A DNA stretch of 63,984 nucleotides, counting the filler, from an uncultured bacterium (GTDB lineage Bacteria; CAZSTA01), in the NCBI GenBank assembly GCA_964609495.1. It is 4 parts of 4 records of this genome, joined end to end, with 100 filler letters (N's around TTAATTAATTAA, not from the genome) between each part and the next. Parts side by side here need not be neighbours in the genome. Positions count along the whole stretch, not along the records: positions 16,820 to 33,445 come from CAZSTA010000069.1; 3 more parts are not named here. One strand, given 5' to 3'. This document shows, piece after piece, positions 18,218-28,456 of this stretch. The number at the start of each line of letters is the position of its first letter. The first letter of the stretch is position 1. The notes under the pieces are model-generated. The model ran no database searches. It saw nothing but the letters and a program-made list of their open reading frames with translations, and was not told where the DNA came from. Position numbers and translations under genes: made by a program.

Positions 18218-19630
18218 CTACAGTCCTATGACTTTTAAACCAGCCTTTATCTTTCTCCCCAATTCGGGAAGCGATTTAACCCTCATAAGCTCCTTGAAGA
18301 TATAGGTGGGACGGGTGTAGAAGGATTTATAGGCGAACTTCATCAACTCGATCAATTCCTCGGTCTTTAGATGCTCCTCCCAGTAGAGAGGTTGAAAGTT
18401 AGGAGTGGGATTCTCGGCGAATTCCCTCCAATAATCATAAGGTAGAATACCCTCCTGCAAACCTTTGAGGTAAAGATCAGTTGCCGGAAAAGGAGTAGTT
18501 ATAGTTATATGCACAAAGTCAGGATCTAACTCCTTTGCCACCTGGATCGTCTTCATAATATGCTCTCGCGTCTCAGTAGGACTGCCGATCATAAAGTAGG
18601 CTAGGGTCGAGATCCCCACCATTTTCGTCATCTGAAAGGCGCGCCGAACTTCATCTAAAGTTATACCTTTCCTAAGCACCTTGAGTATATCTGGAGTTCC
18701 CGCTTCTACTCCGTAGTGTATCCTCTCGCAGTGAGCCTCTGCCAGCTTCTCCAACATCTCCTCATCCACGGTATCAACCCTGGCTCTGATATCCCAACCG
18801 ATATCGAGTTTTCTCCTGATGATCTCATCACAGACATCGATCACCCTTTGTCGCTTTATAGTGAAGGTATCATCATATACCAGAAATTCATTTATTCCCA
18901 TCCCAATGCACTCCTCCATCTCATCCACCACGCTGACGGCGGAACGAGCTCGGAACTTATGACCAAGATGGGGTCTCTCACAGAAGAGGCAGTGATAGGG
19001 ACAGCCTCGGCTAGTGAACATCGTGGTTATAGGAGAACGTTTGGCGAGAAGCGAGGAGTACTTCTTATAAGGAGTGAGATGTCGGGCGGGAAATGGCAAG
19101 GTGTCTAGCTCCTGAATCAATTCTCGGGCTTCATTATATATAGTCTCTCCATTATCCTGGAAGACCAATCCCTTCACTTCTTTGAGCTTTCTCATATCAC
19201 CGAAGTTATTCAGGAACTCGGCGAAGGTTATCTCTCCCTCCCCAAGCACTAGATAATCCACTTCGGGAAGATTGATTGTCTCTTCGGGGTAGATGTGAAC
19301 ATGGGATCCGCCCAATACTATAGGCATATCCTTGTCGAGCTTTTTGACCAGACGAGCAGTTTTCAGCACATCGAGGAGAGTAAAGGTCATAGTTTGAATA
19401 CCAACTAGATCAGGATTCGACTCCTCTACCCTCTTCTCCAACTTCTCATAACTTAGTTCCTCGACCTGGGTATCCAATATCTCAATATCCCAATCGGTGT
19501 GTTTTTGAGCATAAGCGGCTATATAAAGTAACCCCAAAGGGGGATTATAACCACGTTCCTCATCTATTATCGTGGGATTATTTCCCACTATCGTGTTTTC
19601 CGCTGGAGGATTTATCAACAACACCTTCAT
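18218..19630 (-). CDS. B12-binding radical SAM protein
   Basis: MKVLLINPP; PPLGLLYIAA; SRGCPYHCLFC (CX3CX2C); DDTF; YFMIGSPTET. Confidence 0.93.
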   Translation of the reverse strand: MKVLLINPPAENTIVGNNPTIIDEERGYNPPLGLLYIAAYAQKHTDWDIEILDTQVEELSYEKLEKRVEESNPDLVGIQTMTFTLLDVLKTARLVKKLDKDMPIVLGGSHVHIYPEETINLPEVDYLVLGEGEITFAEFLNNFGDMRKLKEVKGLVFQDNGETIYNEARELIQELDTLPFPARHLTPYKKYSSLLAKRSPITTMFTSRGCPYHCLFCERPHLGHKFRARSAVSVVDEMEECIGMGINEFLVYDDTFTIKRQRVIDVCDEIIRRKLDIGWDIRARVDTVDEEMLEKLAEAHCERIHYGVEAGTPDILKVLRKGITLDEVRRAFQMTKMVGISTLAYFMIGSPTETREHIMKTIQVAKELDPDFVHITITTPFPATDLYLKGLQEGILPYDYWREFAENPTPNFQPLYWEEHLKTEELIELMKFAYKSFYTRPTYIFKELMRVKSLPELGRKIKAGLKVIGL

Positions 19631-20523
19631 TTCAACTCACCTCTCTTTACTATCAGATCCGCGAGCAACCCGATCATCCCCAGCTCTATCGAGGTTAAGA
19701 TCAATAGCATCTGGGTATCAGTAACATTATGGAAAACTATCATCGTCCAGATAGCGGAAATGAACCCTATCAGGAAGAGGAATAGGCTGAGTGAGAGGAA
19801 TATCTTCAGAGGATTGAAGTAGGTAATAGTGCGGATAATCAATAGTATGAAATTATAGGTATCCCTGATCGGCCTAATTTTAGATTTTCCCTCTCGTTCG
19901 TGATAATTTATAGGGATATATTTGACTGCGTATCCATTGGAGAGCATCGCTAAGGTTATAGTGGTGGTGAAGGAGAAGCCAGGAGGAAGGATAGGGAAGT
20001 ATTTCATAACTACCTCCTTTTTGAAAGCTCGTAATCCAGAATTAAGATCGGGGATCTTGGTCTCAGCTAAGAAGTTAGCTAGATAAGCAAGTATCGCCTT
20101 TGCTGGTTTCCTCAGCAACGGTATCTTGACGCTCTCCCCGATCCTTGCCCCTACCACCATATCATAATCTCCAATATAGCTTAGCATCTCTGGTATCCTA
20201 TCGTTAGGATAGGTGCCATCAGCATCGGTGATAACGATTATATCGCCTGAGGAATGACGAATTCCCGTCTTCAGAGCCGCCCCATATCCTCTATTCTCAT
20301 TATGCTGGATAAGTTTAACATCCTCTTGTTGCTGGACGATCTCAGCGGTTTTATCACTCGATCCGTCGTCGATAGCGATGATCTCATAATCCCAGCCGCT
20401 CTCGGACATAACATCTTTGATGTTATCTAGGACTTTGGGGATCCCCTTTTCTTCATTGAACATAGGAATAACAACGGTAACTTTCGCCAATTCAGATTTC
20501 CTTTCAGAGCTATTCAAATTCAT
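19627..20523 (-). CDS. Glycosyltransferase family 2 (DPM1/polyprenol-phosphate sugar transferase-like)
   Basis: VVIPMFNEE; IDDGSSD; NRGYGAALKTG; TDADGTY; DLNSGLR; two C-terminal TMs. Confidence 0.92.
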   Translation of the reverse strand: MNLNSSERKSELAKVTVVIPMFNEEKGIPKVLDNIKDVMSESGWDYEIIAIDDGSSDKTAEIVQQQEDVKLIQHNENRGYGAALKTGIRHSSGDIIVITDADGTYPNDRIPEMLSYIGDYDMVVGARIGESVKIPLLRKPAKAILAYLANFLAETKIPDLNSGLRAFKKEVVMKYFPILPPGFSFTTTITLAMLSNGYAVKYIPINYHEREGKSKIRPIRDTYNFILLIIRTITYFNPLKIFLSLSLFLFLIGFISAIWTMIVFHNVTDTQMLLILTSIELGMIGLLADLIVKRGELK

Positions 20524-20953
20524 TTTCTAAAAGCACCGCAGAGTGGGTAAAACCCCTCTTTTTATAGAATTCTATAGCTGAGGTATTATCACTTTCGGTA
20601 CTGATCTCTATTTCGACACAACCCCTTCTTTTCGCCTCTTCTATCGCAGATTCGATCAAAGCCGTGCCGATCCCTCTACCTCTGAACCTAGTGTCAACTA
20701 CTAATTCATCTATCAAAGCAGAAGGTCCCGGATGAAAAAGGGTGTTTCTGAAGTGCACATTTATTAACCCAACGATGTTGCCCTCTTCCTCAGCTAACAG
20801 AATTAGATAAGCAGGATTATCTAAAATTTGAGATAGGTTATCCTCGACTTGAGATGGGGGAATATCTCCTTCTCCATGAGCTACTTCTAATAGCTGAGAG
20901 AGGAGAGATAATATCTCTTTAGCATGTCCTTTATCTGCTGAGATGATATTCAC
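20510..20953 (-). CDS. GNAT family N-acetyltransferase
   Basis: ELVVDTRFRGRGIG; AIEFYKKRGF; start reassigned to GTG 20953 (AGGTGA SD) because the longer ORF start is translated repeat. Confidence 0.85.
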   Translation of the reverse strand: MNIISADKGHAKEILSLLSQLLEVAHGEGDIPPSQVEDNLSQILDNPAYLILLAEEEGNIVGLINVHFRNTLFHPGPSALIDELVVDTRFRGRGIGTALIESAIEEAKRRGCVEIEISTESDNTSAIEFYKKRGFTHSAVLLENEFE

Positions 20954-20969
20954 ATTATGATCACCTACA

Positions 20970-21076
20970 TCCCCCTCACATATCCCTCTCCCACAAGGGG
21001 AGAGGGGACATCGAGATAGAGTTGCTCTCTTTATTCCCCCTCCCTTGATGGGAGGGGTTAGGGGAGGGTGATTTAA
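20970..21076 (-). repeat. BoxC/REPIN-like doublet
   Basis: Reverse complement aligns with 46040-46146; both hairpins and the AAAGAGAGC..TATCTC spacer are present. Confidence 0.88.
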
Positions 21077-21714
21077 TAGGCGGGTTTCTCCGCCAATATA
21101 TCCCAATTACTATGGAGCTTAGTGCCCTCGAGCTTCCTTTCACTCAGCTTGATGCTCAAGATATCGAAATCATCGAATAGCTCTCTTGCGGATTCTTCAT
21201 CGAAGAAGTGATGAAGAACTCCCGCATCGGCTGATACCGAGGTGATAAAGGTATCCTTCTCTATCTCCTCCCCATGACCATACTTTCTATCTCGCTTTGA
21301 GTTCAAGTTCACAAAAGCTAGTCCCTTGGGTTTTAGGACTCGGTATATCTCCCCAACGGTCTTCTCTATATTATCCAAAGTATTATGATACATTACAAAA
21401 ATGCTGATCACTACATCAAAGAACTCATCTGGATATAGGATCTCGGTCATATCGCTATTTACAAGCTCTGCCTTTAACCCCTCTTCTTCAAGCCACTTAT
21501 AAGTGTAGCTTAATCCAGTGTCGGATATATCAGCACCATACATAGAGAAGCCCTGCTTAGCTAAATAGACTAGATGCCTTCCCGTTCCACAGCCAAGATC
21601 ATATATCTTCTTGACGCCTCTCTCTTTGAACTTGGAGACAACTTCAACTAATCCTCCGTAAGGTTCTTTCCATCTAAATTCCTCTCGATTGAATAGTTCA
21701 TCCCACTCTGGCAT
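21073..21714 (-). CDS. Class I SAM-dependent methyltransferase
   Basis: IYDLGCGTGRH; GADIS; RVLKPKG. Confidence 0.9.
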   Translation of the reverse strand: MPEWDELFNREEFRWKEPYGGLVEVVSKFKERGVKKIYDLGCGTGRHLVYLAKQGFSMYGADISDTGLSYTYKWLEEEGLKAELVNSDMTEILYPDEFFDVVISIFVMYHNTLDNIEKTVGEIYRVLKPKGLAFVNLNSKRDRKYGHGEEIEKDTFITSVSADAGVLHHFFDEESARELFDDFDILSIKLSERKLEGTKLHSNWDILAEKPAY

Positions 21715-21730
21715 CGAATCCCTCCAACAT

Positions 21731-22546
21731 TTAAACGATCTTCATCATCTTGGGATCTCTCTTATCGAATAAGGTTATATACTCAAAGCCTGCTTCTCTC
21801 GCTAGCTCTATCCCCTTATCTATGTTTCTACCTATCGCCTCGGGAGAATGAGCGTCAGAGCCTACAGTTATTATCTCTCCTCCAAGCTCCTTATAGAGCT
21901 TTATCGCCTCGAATCCCGGATAGGTTTCACCAGGCGCTTGGGTAAGACCAGAGGTGTTTATCTCGAGGCCAATCCCTTTCTCTACTATGATCTTTAGTAT
22001 CCTCTCGATCTGTTCGGAGAAGCGAGTAAAATCAAAGGGACCGTAGAACTGAGTGCCATATCGTTTTATCAGATCGAGATGAGCGATGACATCAAATAAT
22101 CCGCTCCTCGCGGCATTATATACTTCCTCGAAGTAGAGATCGTATATCTCTTGACAATTCCACTGGGGAAGATATTTTATCGCTCTTTCATCGGAGATGC
22201 TAAAGCCAACTACATAATGGACAGCGCCTAAGATATAGTCGAAGTCCTTGCCTACGAGAAAGTTCGCGGCTCTATCGTAAAATCGAGTTTGATAATCGAC
22301 CTCGCCCCCCTTCTTTATCGTCAAGTGGGAGTTTCCGCTCTGCTGATATCCCTCTATCTCCTCGTTCCACTTCTCATAGTCGAAGTATTTATATCCCATA
22401 TCCTGAGGGTCAAAGTCTATATGCTCCGTGATACCGATCTCGAAAAACCCTAAATCCGCGGCTCTCTCACATTGCTCTAACATGGGAGTGGAGGAATCCG
22501 CGGAATAGTTGGTGTGAATATGATAATTAACTAGAATACTCTTCAT
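21731..22546 (-). CDS. hisK: PHP-family histidinol-phosphatase (HisJ/HisK family)
   Basis: YHIHT; ITEH; LGAVH; AHLD; LEINTSG; GSDAH. Confidence 0.85.
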   Translation of the reverse strand: MKSILVNYHIHTNYSADSSTPMLEQCERAADLGFFEIGITEHIDFDPQDMGYKYFDYEKWNEEIEGYQQSGNSHLTIKKGGEVDYQTRFYDRAANFLVGKDFDYILGAVHYVVGFSISDERAIKYLPQWNCQEIYDLYFEEVYNAARSGLFDVIAHLDLIKRYGTQFYGPFDFTRFSEQIERILKIIVEKGIGLEINTSGLTQAPGETYPGFEAIKLYKELGGEIITVGSDAHSPEAIGRNIDKGIELAREAGFEYITLFDKRDPKMMKIV

Positions 22547-22552
22547 AATCTA

Positions 22553-22592
22553 GTCGGCGGAAACCCCTACCACAAGGGTAGGGGTTGTTGAC
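22553..22592 (-). mobile_element. IS200/IS605-end-like solo hairpin (PATE-like remnant) between the SD and ATG of hisK
   Basis: Minus strand: GGAGG|GTCAAC-AACCCCTACC-CTTGT-GGTAGGGGTT-TCCGCCGAC|TAGATT-ATG; GTCAAC-hairpin and GGGGTTTCCGCC resemble, from recall, left and right ends of IscB/TnpB-type elements. Confidence 0.55.
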
Positions 22593-22604
22593 CCTCCGAA
22601 ATCT

Positions 22605-23441
22605 TTAGACCTGCTTTAACACTTCGTCTAGGGCCATCTTGGATTTCTTAGCCGCCTCAAGCGGTTCCTCCTTTCTCAATTCCTCGCTGAAAAGCTCAAC
22701 TGATACGAAACCTTCATAATCTTTGCTTTTCACCTTTTTGAGTAATCCTACCAGATCGATCACTCCGCGTCCAGGTAATACCCTCATCGGATCGGTCAAT
22801 TCCTCGACAGGCTTATCTGGAGCATCGTTTATATGGAAGAATAATAATTTATCCCCACTGATACGATCTAGATCCTCTAGCTTAGATCCACCAGTGAACC
22901 AGTGATAAGAATCGATAAGAGCTCCAACGTTAGGTTTATCGATCTCTTTTATCAATTCGATAGTTTGTTCCAAATTGGTAAGAAGTTCCTCCTTCCCCTT
23001 CGCCTCGAATCTCAAGCCGATGAACTCTAAAGCTACGCCTATCTCGTAATCATTCGCTATATCCGCGATCTTCCTTAACTTCTCGACTATCTTGCTCAAC
23101 ATCTCCTCAACTGGAATCTCGGTTCTGAAGGGTAGCACTACCATCCCCACCGAACAGCCCAATTCCTGAGCCAATTTAAGATATTTTGGTAACTCCTTCA
23201 GATCAGCCTCGAACTCCTCATCTGTGGCGAAGAGAGAGGCAGGGATACCGAAGTTAGCTGGTTGGAGATTGTTCTTGGTGAAGAGTGCTTTAGCTGAGGA
23301 GAGAGAATTTTCCTCAGCATATTTGCTGACTGATGTTATTGAGAATTCCACCCCTTCGAATCCAGCTTTCCCCGCGACCCCGAGAAAAGTTTCAAGATCT
23401 AGACCCTGACGTATGGTAGTTCCGTTTAGACAAGTTTTCAT
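22605..23441 (-). CDS. Sugar phosphate isomerase/epimerase (AP endonuclease 2 TIM barrel, IolE/IolI-like)
   Basis: AGFEGVE; ALEFIG; DSYH; HIND; R..PGRGVID; SVELF. Confidence 0.88.
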   Translation of the reverse strand: MKTCLNGTTIRQGLDLETFLGVAGKAGFEGVEFSITSVSKYAEENSLSSAKALFTKNNLQPANFGIPASLFATDEEFEADLKELPKYLKLAQELGCSVGMVVLPFRTEIPVEEMLSKIVEKLRKIADIANDYEIGVALEFIGLRFEAKGKEELLTNLEQTIELIKEIDKPNVGALIDSYHWFTGGSKLEDLDRISGDKLLFFHINDAPDKPVEELTDPMRVLPGRGVIDLVGLLKKVKSKDYEGFVSVELFSEELRKEEPLEAAKKSKMALDEVLKQV

Positions 23442-23512
23442 AATATCTCTCCTTTAATGTATAAGATGAAAATATCTCCTACTAAATTACTGCTATTAGT
23501 TGTGAATCTGCC

Positions 23513-24520
23513 TCAAAGCTCATCCAATTCCAGCTCTCTTAGGTATCTGGCGGCATCCTCAGGCGGAGTTGGGTTGATGTAGAAGCCACTTCCCCACTCG
23601 AAACCAGCTACCTTAGTTAAACGAGGAGTGATCTCGAAGTGCCAATGGTAGTAAACCGATTGACCGTCATCACAGGGCGCAGTATGAAGCATCAAATTGA
23701 AGGGAGGATCCTTAAGAGCGGCTTTTAATCGAGTTAATATCTCTTTTATCGCTCTAGCCAAGGATATAATCTCTGTTTTCTGAATCGCTTCGAACATCGA
23801 ACTATGTTTTTTAGGTAGGATCCAGGTCTCGAAGGGGAAACGCGAGGCGAAAGGCTCTATACAGATAAAATGGTCGTTCTCCACTACAACTCTATCCTGA
23901 GAAGCTATCTCCTGACGCACTATATCGCAGAACACACACCTTTCCTTATAATCATAATATTCTCGACTTCCTTTCAACTCCTCCATAGCTCGCTTGGGAA
24001 CTATAGGAGTGGCTATAAGCTGAGAATGAGGATGTTCCAAAGAAGCACCAGCCGCCTTTCCTTGATTTTTGAAGATAAGCACATATTTTAAGCGGGTGTC
24101 CTTCTTAAGATCCATCATCCGATCCCGATAGGCCCATAGGACATCCTGAACATTCTTATCTGGTAGAGTGGCTAAGGTCGCATTATGATCAGGTGTCTCT
24201 ATGATCACCTCGTGAGCCCCAATGCCATTCATCATATCATACATACCCACTCCAGCTCTATTTAAGTCGCCTTCTATCTGAAGAGCAGGAAATTTATTGG
24301 GGACAACTCTCACCCACCATCCTGGCGTATTGGGAAGAGTCCCAGCTTCCCTATAAGCCATGATTTCAGGAGGAGTCTTATCCTCATTCCCGTAGTCGAA
24401 GGGGCAGAATCCCCCTTTCCTCTCTTCCTCTACAGATCCGAAATCGGAAGGTCTCTTTCCCCTCTCGGTGGAGACAATGACCCACCTCCTGACAACCGGA
24501 TCCCTTCTTAATTCTGGCAC
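23513..24520 (-). CDS. galT: Galactose-1-phosphate uridylyltransferase family protein
   Basis: ELRRDP; RVVPNKFPAL; GASLEHPHSQ (HPH); AGFEWGSG. Confidence 0.92.
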   Translation of the reverse strand: MPELRRDPVVRRWVIVSTERGKRPSDFGSVEEERKGGFCPFDYGNEDKTPPEIMAYREAGTLPNTPGWWVRVVPNKFPALQIEGDLNRAGVGMYDMMNGIGAHEVIIETPDHNATLATLPDKNVQDVLWAYRDRMMDLKKDTRLKYVLIFKNQGKAAGASLEHPHSQLIATPIVPKRAMEELKGSREYYDYKERCVFCDIVRQEIASQDRVVVENDHFICIEPFASRFPFETWILPKKHSSMFEAIQKTEIISLARAIKEILTRLKAALKDPPFNLMLHTAPCDDGQSVYYHWHFEITPRLTKVAGFEWGSGFYINPTPPEDAARYLRELELDEL

Positions 24521-24568
24521 ATTTATCCCTCCCGTCCAGCGAAAACATGATTTACATTGGAGAACACT

Positions 24569-26785
24569 TCAAGCACTCCACATAACAGCCTCGAAATTCT
24601 CATCAGGAACGTCGAAGGAAATAGGCATCTGATTAGGCCATCTCTCTAAAAGAGACCCTTCTCTTCTGATCTCTAGGAATAATCGAACTTCATCATTCGG
24701 ATTAAATCCTAAAGCCGAGAAGGGTAGCTTCAGCTCTATGATCTTATTCAAAGCTCCACAAGCGATCATATCGCTAGAATCTGAAGAGCTAGATCTTTCC
24801 CAGTAAATGGTCGCCTTCTCCTTCTCTTCTCCAGTTGCGATCTCCATCTGGATCCTCTCTCCCCTAGGTTCGATAATATCTAGAATCAGCTCTAACTCAT
24901 CATTTACCTCGTTATCAGAAGTTGTGAAATCCCCATCCACTCTTATATATAGATTCTCGAGATCGAAGCCATAATATATGGACTCTATAATATTCTCCGC
25001 TCGATGCATAGAGCCTCCCGCGGTGCTAGCGTCATAAATCCCTGCTCCTGTCCACTCATAATAATAGGAAAGTTTTCCATCGATGAGCGGGGAGATCAAT
25101 TGAATCGGTTCGCATACCGATTTCCCCACAGTTTTGATGGGAATAAAGAGCTCACTCGGGATATTCTCGCCTAAGAGTCGATAGATATTCATTAAGTGAT
25201 TTCTAAACATCTCATCGAACTTATCAGCCTCAAGGGAGAAGTTCTCATCTCCATACCACCAGAACCAATCGCTTCCCTCAGCGATGTATATTTCCCTCCA
25301 AGCAGTAGCTATCTTCTCCGAATCGCCATCTTTATGGAGGGCTTCATATCTTGTGAGATCTTCCCTAGCCTTCTCAAGATATGCCCAAGCAGTGTTATCC
25401 TCACGATGCCCAATCCAGATCTTGAAGTTATGATTTATCCAAGATCCTGGGAATAGTTTGGGAAGGATGCACCTCGTAGGATGGGATTGTAGATATTCAC
25501 TTACGGTAACCGTCTTGAGCAGCGGCTCCTTGCTCAACTTTGCATACAAAGCTCGGAAGAAATCTAAGCCATCGTTTTTGTAATATTCCCAAGCGTTATC
25601 TCCATCTAAGATGATACTCACTAAATGATCGCCCGGGGTAACACTAGCCCTCTTTTGAGCATAAAGCAGACGGTTTACCAGATCATTCGCGGCCTTCTCC
25701 GGATCCCATCGGTTATAAACAAAACCTATCAGGTCGGAGAGAGCATGATCTCTAAATACTATAGAGAGCATTTTCCCCTCCTTCTCCACAGCATAAGGAT
25801 GATAGAGGAGGGTTGGATCCACCACATTGCCTCTAGTATCCCTCTCCAATTGAGTATTAAGGGACTTAGCAACTATCTCCTCATCGGAGGCTATCCATTC
25901 TAGGCCGACTTCAGTTATAAGAGGGATGATATCCTCGCTCACGCTTCCCTCCGAGGGCCACATACCCCGTGGATTTCTCCCGAAGCGATCTTGATAAAGT
26001 TCAACCGCCCTATCGATCTGCCATTTTGCGTCTTCTGGATGGTGAAAGCGAGGGGGGAGATTCATAGAAGGCACAGCAACTTTCGCTATATCACTATCAT
26101 AAAGCAAGGGCAATATCGGATGATAGTAGGGTGAGATCGAGACCTCTATCTGTCCTTCATCCTGCATCTCCTTATATTCAGGGATTATCATCTTGAGAAC
26201 TTCTTTTCCCTTCTGTAATAAAAGCGATTTCTCCTCCTCCGTGAAATTTCTTCCCTTGTCTGCTAGTTCTTTTAAAAATCTATCTCGCTCTACAATAAGA
26301 GGATCGAACCAGGCGAGATTATACCATACTTGAAGATCTAAGAAATCCTGAGTAGAGAATCTCTCCTGAATCTTGTCTAACTCGTTGGGAGAGATATGTT
26401 CACCACGCCTTCTCAGAAGTTCCGCATAGCGACGATGAGGTTTTATCATATTATTCCAGTTCGCCCCGAAGAAGTTGTGTAGGATCTCTTTTTTATCCTC
26501 AAGGTCTAATTGCGCGGCTGGTTTCATAGTTAGCTTCAGCCAAAACTCGCTAGCTCGATCGTCCATATAATCATCGAGCTGAATTATCAGGGAAGGAACT
26601 AAATTGAAGGTTTGATGGATCTGGGGAAATTCCTCCAATATAGCTACCATATCATAGTAATCCTTGAATCCATGTAGGCGGACCCAAGGGAGGATATATT
26701 CACCGGTGAACGAATCCTTATAATATGGCTGATGCATATGCCATAAAAAATTGATATATAACGGTTTATTCGGCTCTCTAGTCAA
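24569..26785 (-). CDS. Glycoside hydrolase family 57 (amylopullulanase-like)
   Basis: WHMHQP; PWVRLH; PYYHPILP; MWPSEG; LDGDNAWE; AEGSDWFWW. Confidence 0.93.
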   Translation of the reverse strand: MTREPNKPLYINFLWHMHQPYYKDSFTGEYILPWVRLHGFKDYYDMVAILEEFPQIHQTFNLVPSLIIQLDDYMDDRASEFWLKLTMKPAAQLDLEDKKEILHNFFGANWNNMIKPHRRYAELLRRRGEHISPNELDKIQERFSTQDFLDLQVWYNLAWFDPLIVERDRFLKELADKGRNFTEEEKSLLLQKGKEVLKMIIPEYKEMQDEGQIEVSISPYYHPILPLLYDSDIAKVAVPSMNLPPRFHHPEDAKWQIDRAVELYQDRFGRNPRGMWPSEGSVSEDIIPLITEVGLEWIASDEEIVAKSLNTQLERDTRGNVVDPTLLYHPYAVEKEGKMLSIVFRDHALSDLIGFVYNRWDPEKAANDLVNRLLYAQKRASVTPGDHLVSIILDGDNAWEYYKNDGLDFFRALYAKLSKEPLLKTVTVSEYLQSHPTRCILPKLFPGSWINHNFKIWIGHREDNTAWAYLEKAREDLTRYEALHKDGDSEKIATAWREIYIAEGSDWFWWYGDENFSLEADKFDEMFRNHLMNIYRLLGENIPSELFIPIKTVGKSVCEPIQLISPLIDGKLSYYYEWTGAGIYDASTAGGSMHRAENIIESIYYGFDLENLYIRVDGDFTTSDNEVNDELELILDIIEPRGERIQMEIATGEEKEKATIYWERSSSSDSSDMIACGALNKIIELKLPFSALGFNPNDEVRLFLEIRREGSLLERWPNQMPISFDVPDENFEAVMWSA

Positions 26786-26846
26786 TTCTTCCCGCTACTC
26801 CTTCTTTAGAAGATAAAAAGTATCTCCTTAAGCTCTCCTGATCTTA

Positions 26847-26875
26847 ATTATATGCTAAAATCAGACTATTGTCAA
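26847..26875 (-). promoter_or_regulatory. sigma70 promoter for GH57-galT; -35 overlaps the icd stop codon
   Basis: Minus strand TTGACA (26875-26870), 17 nt, TATAAT (26852-26847). Confidence 0.7.
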
Positions 26876-27897
26876 CTTAACTTTATCCTCTCTATTATAG
26901 CCCGAGTCATGCGGGAGGTCCCTACCGCAGTGGGATCATCCCGATCAGGTTTAAGATCATAAGTCACATATTTGCCCTCAGCGATAACTTCCGCAGTCGC
27001 TTTCTCTAATTTATCGGCCGCTTCTCTCTCTCCGAGATATCTCAGCATCATAACCCCGGATAGGATCATCGCGGTGGGATCGACTTTATCCTGCCCGGCA
27101 TATTTGGGAGCGCTGCCATGAGTAGGCTCAAAGACCGCCATCTCATCCCCTATATTCGCTCCAGGGGCAACTCCTAGTCCTCCCACTAGACCCGCACAGA
27201 GGTCGGATAAGATATCGCCATATAAGTTCGGCATAACGAGGACATCGTAAATTTCTGGCTTTTGGACTAATTGCATACACATATTATCCACGATGCGATC
27301 CTCGAACTCTATCTCGTGATATCTTTCCGCCACTCCTCTAGCCACCTCGAGGAACAATCCGTCAGATAACTTCATAATATTAGCCTTATGAACTGCGGTA
27401 ACCTTCTTCCGATCGTTCTTAACCGCATACTCGAAGGCGAATCTGACTATCTGCTCGGAATTCTTTCGCGTGATTATCTTTATCGATTCTGCGGCATCAT
27501 CACCAACTTTATGCTCCACCCCGGCATATAGATCCTCCATATTCTCTCGAACGACGACCAGATCGATATTTTCATATCTTGATCGAACTCCGACATAGCT
27601 CTTGCAGGGTCTTAGACAGGCATATAGATTTAATAGCTTCCTTAAAGCGACATTGACGCTTCTGAATCCTCCTCCCACTGGGGTAGTGATAGGCCCTTTG
27701 AGAGCGACCTTATTTCGCCTAATAGATTCTAAAACATAATCGGGAAGGGGCGTTCCATACTCCTCCAGGGATTTGCTTCCCGCCTCAACTTCCTCCCACT
27801 CAATATCCACCCCAGTCGCATTTATACACTCCCTGGCGGCATTGGCAACCTCCGGACCGATACCATCTCCAGGTATAAAGGTTATTTTATAAGCCAT
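26872..27897 (-). CDS. icd: Isocitrate dehydrogenase (isocitrate/isopropylmalate dehydrogenase family)
   Basis: [17 protein letters not shown] (Ser/Asn isocitrate-type); [18 protein letters not shown]. Confidence 0.82.
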   Translation of the reverse strand: MAYKITFIPGDGIGPEVANAARECINATGVDIEWEEVEAGSKSLEEYGTPLPDYVLESIRRNKVALKGPITTPVGGGFRSVNVALRKLLNLYACLRPCKSYVGVRSRYENIDLVVVRENMEDLYAGVEHKVGDDAAESIKIITRKNSEQIVRFAFEYAVKNDRKKVTAVHKANIMKLSDGLFLEVARGVAERYHEIEFEDRIVDNMCMQLVQKPEIYDVLVMPNLYGDILSDLCAGLVGGLGVAPGANIGDEMAVFEPTHGSAPKYAGQDKVDPTAMILSGVMMLRYLGEREAADKLEKATAEVIAEGKYVTYDLKPDRDDPTAVGTSRMTRAIIERIKLS

Positions 27898-27914
27898 ACG
27901 CTTCTCCTTTCCGA

Positions 27915-28418
27915 CTAAAGATCGAGGTTGAAAGTTCCATACTTTCTGAAGTGCGCAGCCAATCCCCCATCGTTCAAAATCTGGAGCATAACCTTGGGTA
28001 GAGGGGTGACCTTGATAGAGATATCCTTAGTCTTATTATATACTATCCCCTCTTCCAGATCGATCTCAAGCTCATCTCCCGGATCGATTTGAGAGGTATC
28101 ACACTCCAATAGAGGCAAGCCAACGTTTATCGAATTGCGATAGAAGATACGCGCGAAGGATTTCGCTATCACCGCTCCTATATTCGCATTTAGGATAGCC
28201 AAAGGGGCTTGCTCTCGAGAGGAGCCACATCCGAAGTTACGACCAGCTACGATGAAATCCCCTTTCTTTATCTTACTAAAAAAATTAGGATCGAGATCTT
28301 CCATTACATGTTTAGCTAACTCCTTCATATCCAAAGTCTTAAACTTATATTTTCCAGCGATGATATAATCGGTGTTGACATCATCGCCGAACTTATGAGC
28401 CTTTCCCGTTAATTTCAT
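27915..28418 (-). CDS. leuD: LeuD/HacB-family small subunit (possibly aconitase small subunit)
   Basis: [30 protein letters not shown]. Confidence 0.85.
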   Translation of the reverse strand: MKLTGKAHKFGDDVNTDYIIAGKYKFKTLDMKELAKHVMEDLDPNFFSKIKKGDFIVAGRNFGCGSSREQAPLAILNANIGAVIAKSFARIFYRNSINVGLPLLECDTSQIDPGDELEIDLEEGIVYNKTKDISIKVTPLPKVMLQILNDGGLAAHFRKYGTFNLDL

Positions 28419-28456
28419 AGTAGATATCCTCCTTCTATCCTTCGTTCCCGACTTAG

